A stretch of 64,000 bases of DNA from Eledone cirrhosa (taxonomy: Eukaryota), in NCBI GenBank assembly GCA_964016885.1, contig OZ024742.1:365862001-365926000 (forward strand). The letters are read 5' to 3'. The notes beneath the pieces are model-generated. The model was not told where the DNA came from. It ran no database searches and was given only the letters and a program-made list of their open reading frames with translations. Below, piece by piece: positions 63,500-64,000 of the stretch (its first letter is position 1; every line of letters starts with the position of its first letter). The position numbers and the translations under genes were made by a program.

Positions 63500-63758
63500 T
63501 ATAAGGAAAAAAGATGAAATCGAAAATGCAACTGGAGTCTTTTTAAGAATATTTATTTGGTTCCTTTACCGGTTTCACAGTTCTTGTGCTTTTTCAAAAG
63601 TAGAATTGAGATGAAGGGTTTGTGGTGTTTCTCGCATGCCGTTTTTTCTCGATTTCTACTTTTGAAAAGCATAAGAACTGTGAAACCGGTAAAGGAAACA
63701 AATAAATATTCTTAAAAAGATTCCAGTTGCATTTTCGATTCCATTTTTTTTCCTTATA
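63500..63758. mobile_element. Fold-back element (~110-bp imperfect arms) bounded by TA, each arm carrying a variant hammerhead motif
   Basis: TATAAGGAAAAA...TTTTTCCTTATA termini; (TA)n on the right; see 63653-63698. Confidence 0.72.
63653..63698 (+). ncRNA. Variant minimal hammerhead ribozyme (U3-A8 core)
   Basis: UUUC(UA)CUU-UUGAAAA-GCA[UAAGAAC]UGU-GAAA-CCGG-UA^AAGGAAA, then AAUAAA (63701-63706); palindromic stem III ACCGGU; mirror copy at ~63561-63605 on the minus strand. Confidence 0.6.
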
Positions 63759-64000
63759 TATATATATATAAGCTATTAAAAGTGTACTCATTTTTTATAT
63801 GTGAATACTTTTTTAAACATAAAAACACTCGAGACAATTTTATAGTCATTATTTTTCCAATATTTATTAAACTGCTTCGGGATATACACAAAATTCTGAA
63901 TTTTTTGTCGGGAGCTATTAACAAATTTATGATAAAGCTTATTACAGTCTTCTTCAAAAGTTGTGTCGATGAATGTCAGCTATATAGGTGAATGAACATG

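Overview
Repeat-dominated eukaryotic DNA. The SINE and LINE types suggest a mollusc, probably a cephalopod (inference from recall). 1-8.6 kb: a minus-strand L1/Tx1-clade LINE with an intact zinc-knuckle ORF1 and a frameshifted APE-RT ORF2. Its 5' region appears split by a near full-length, twice-disabled R4/Dong-type RT-RLE retrotransposon inserted at a TAA repeat. 8.6-15 kb: tRNA-derived SINEs, (TA)n tracts and fold-back elements. 15.3-58.3 kb: three tandem arrays (59-bp satellite of ~30 kb, a 200-N gap, a 27/29-bp compound satellite of ~12 kb, a 22-bp minisatellite). 58-64 kb: an RTE-clade fragment, more fold-backs and a probable CCAAT/YY1 promoter. Main observation: four unrelated fold-back elements abut (TA)n tracts and carry complete or partial minimal type I hammerhead ribozyme motifs followed by AATAAA-like signals, as in Penelope-like pseudo-LTRs. 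Second observation: phase-compatible minus-strand exons suggest the satellites fill a ~44-kb intron of an unidentified host gene. All analysis was by eye; no searches were run.
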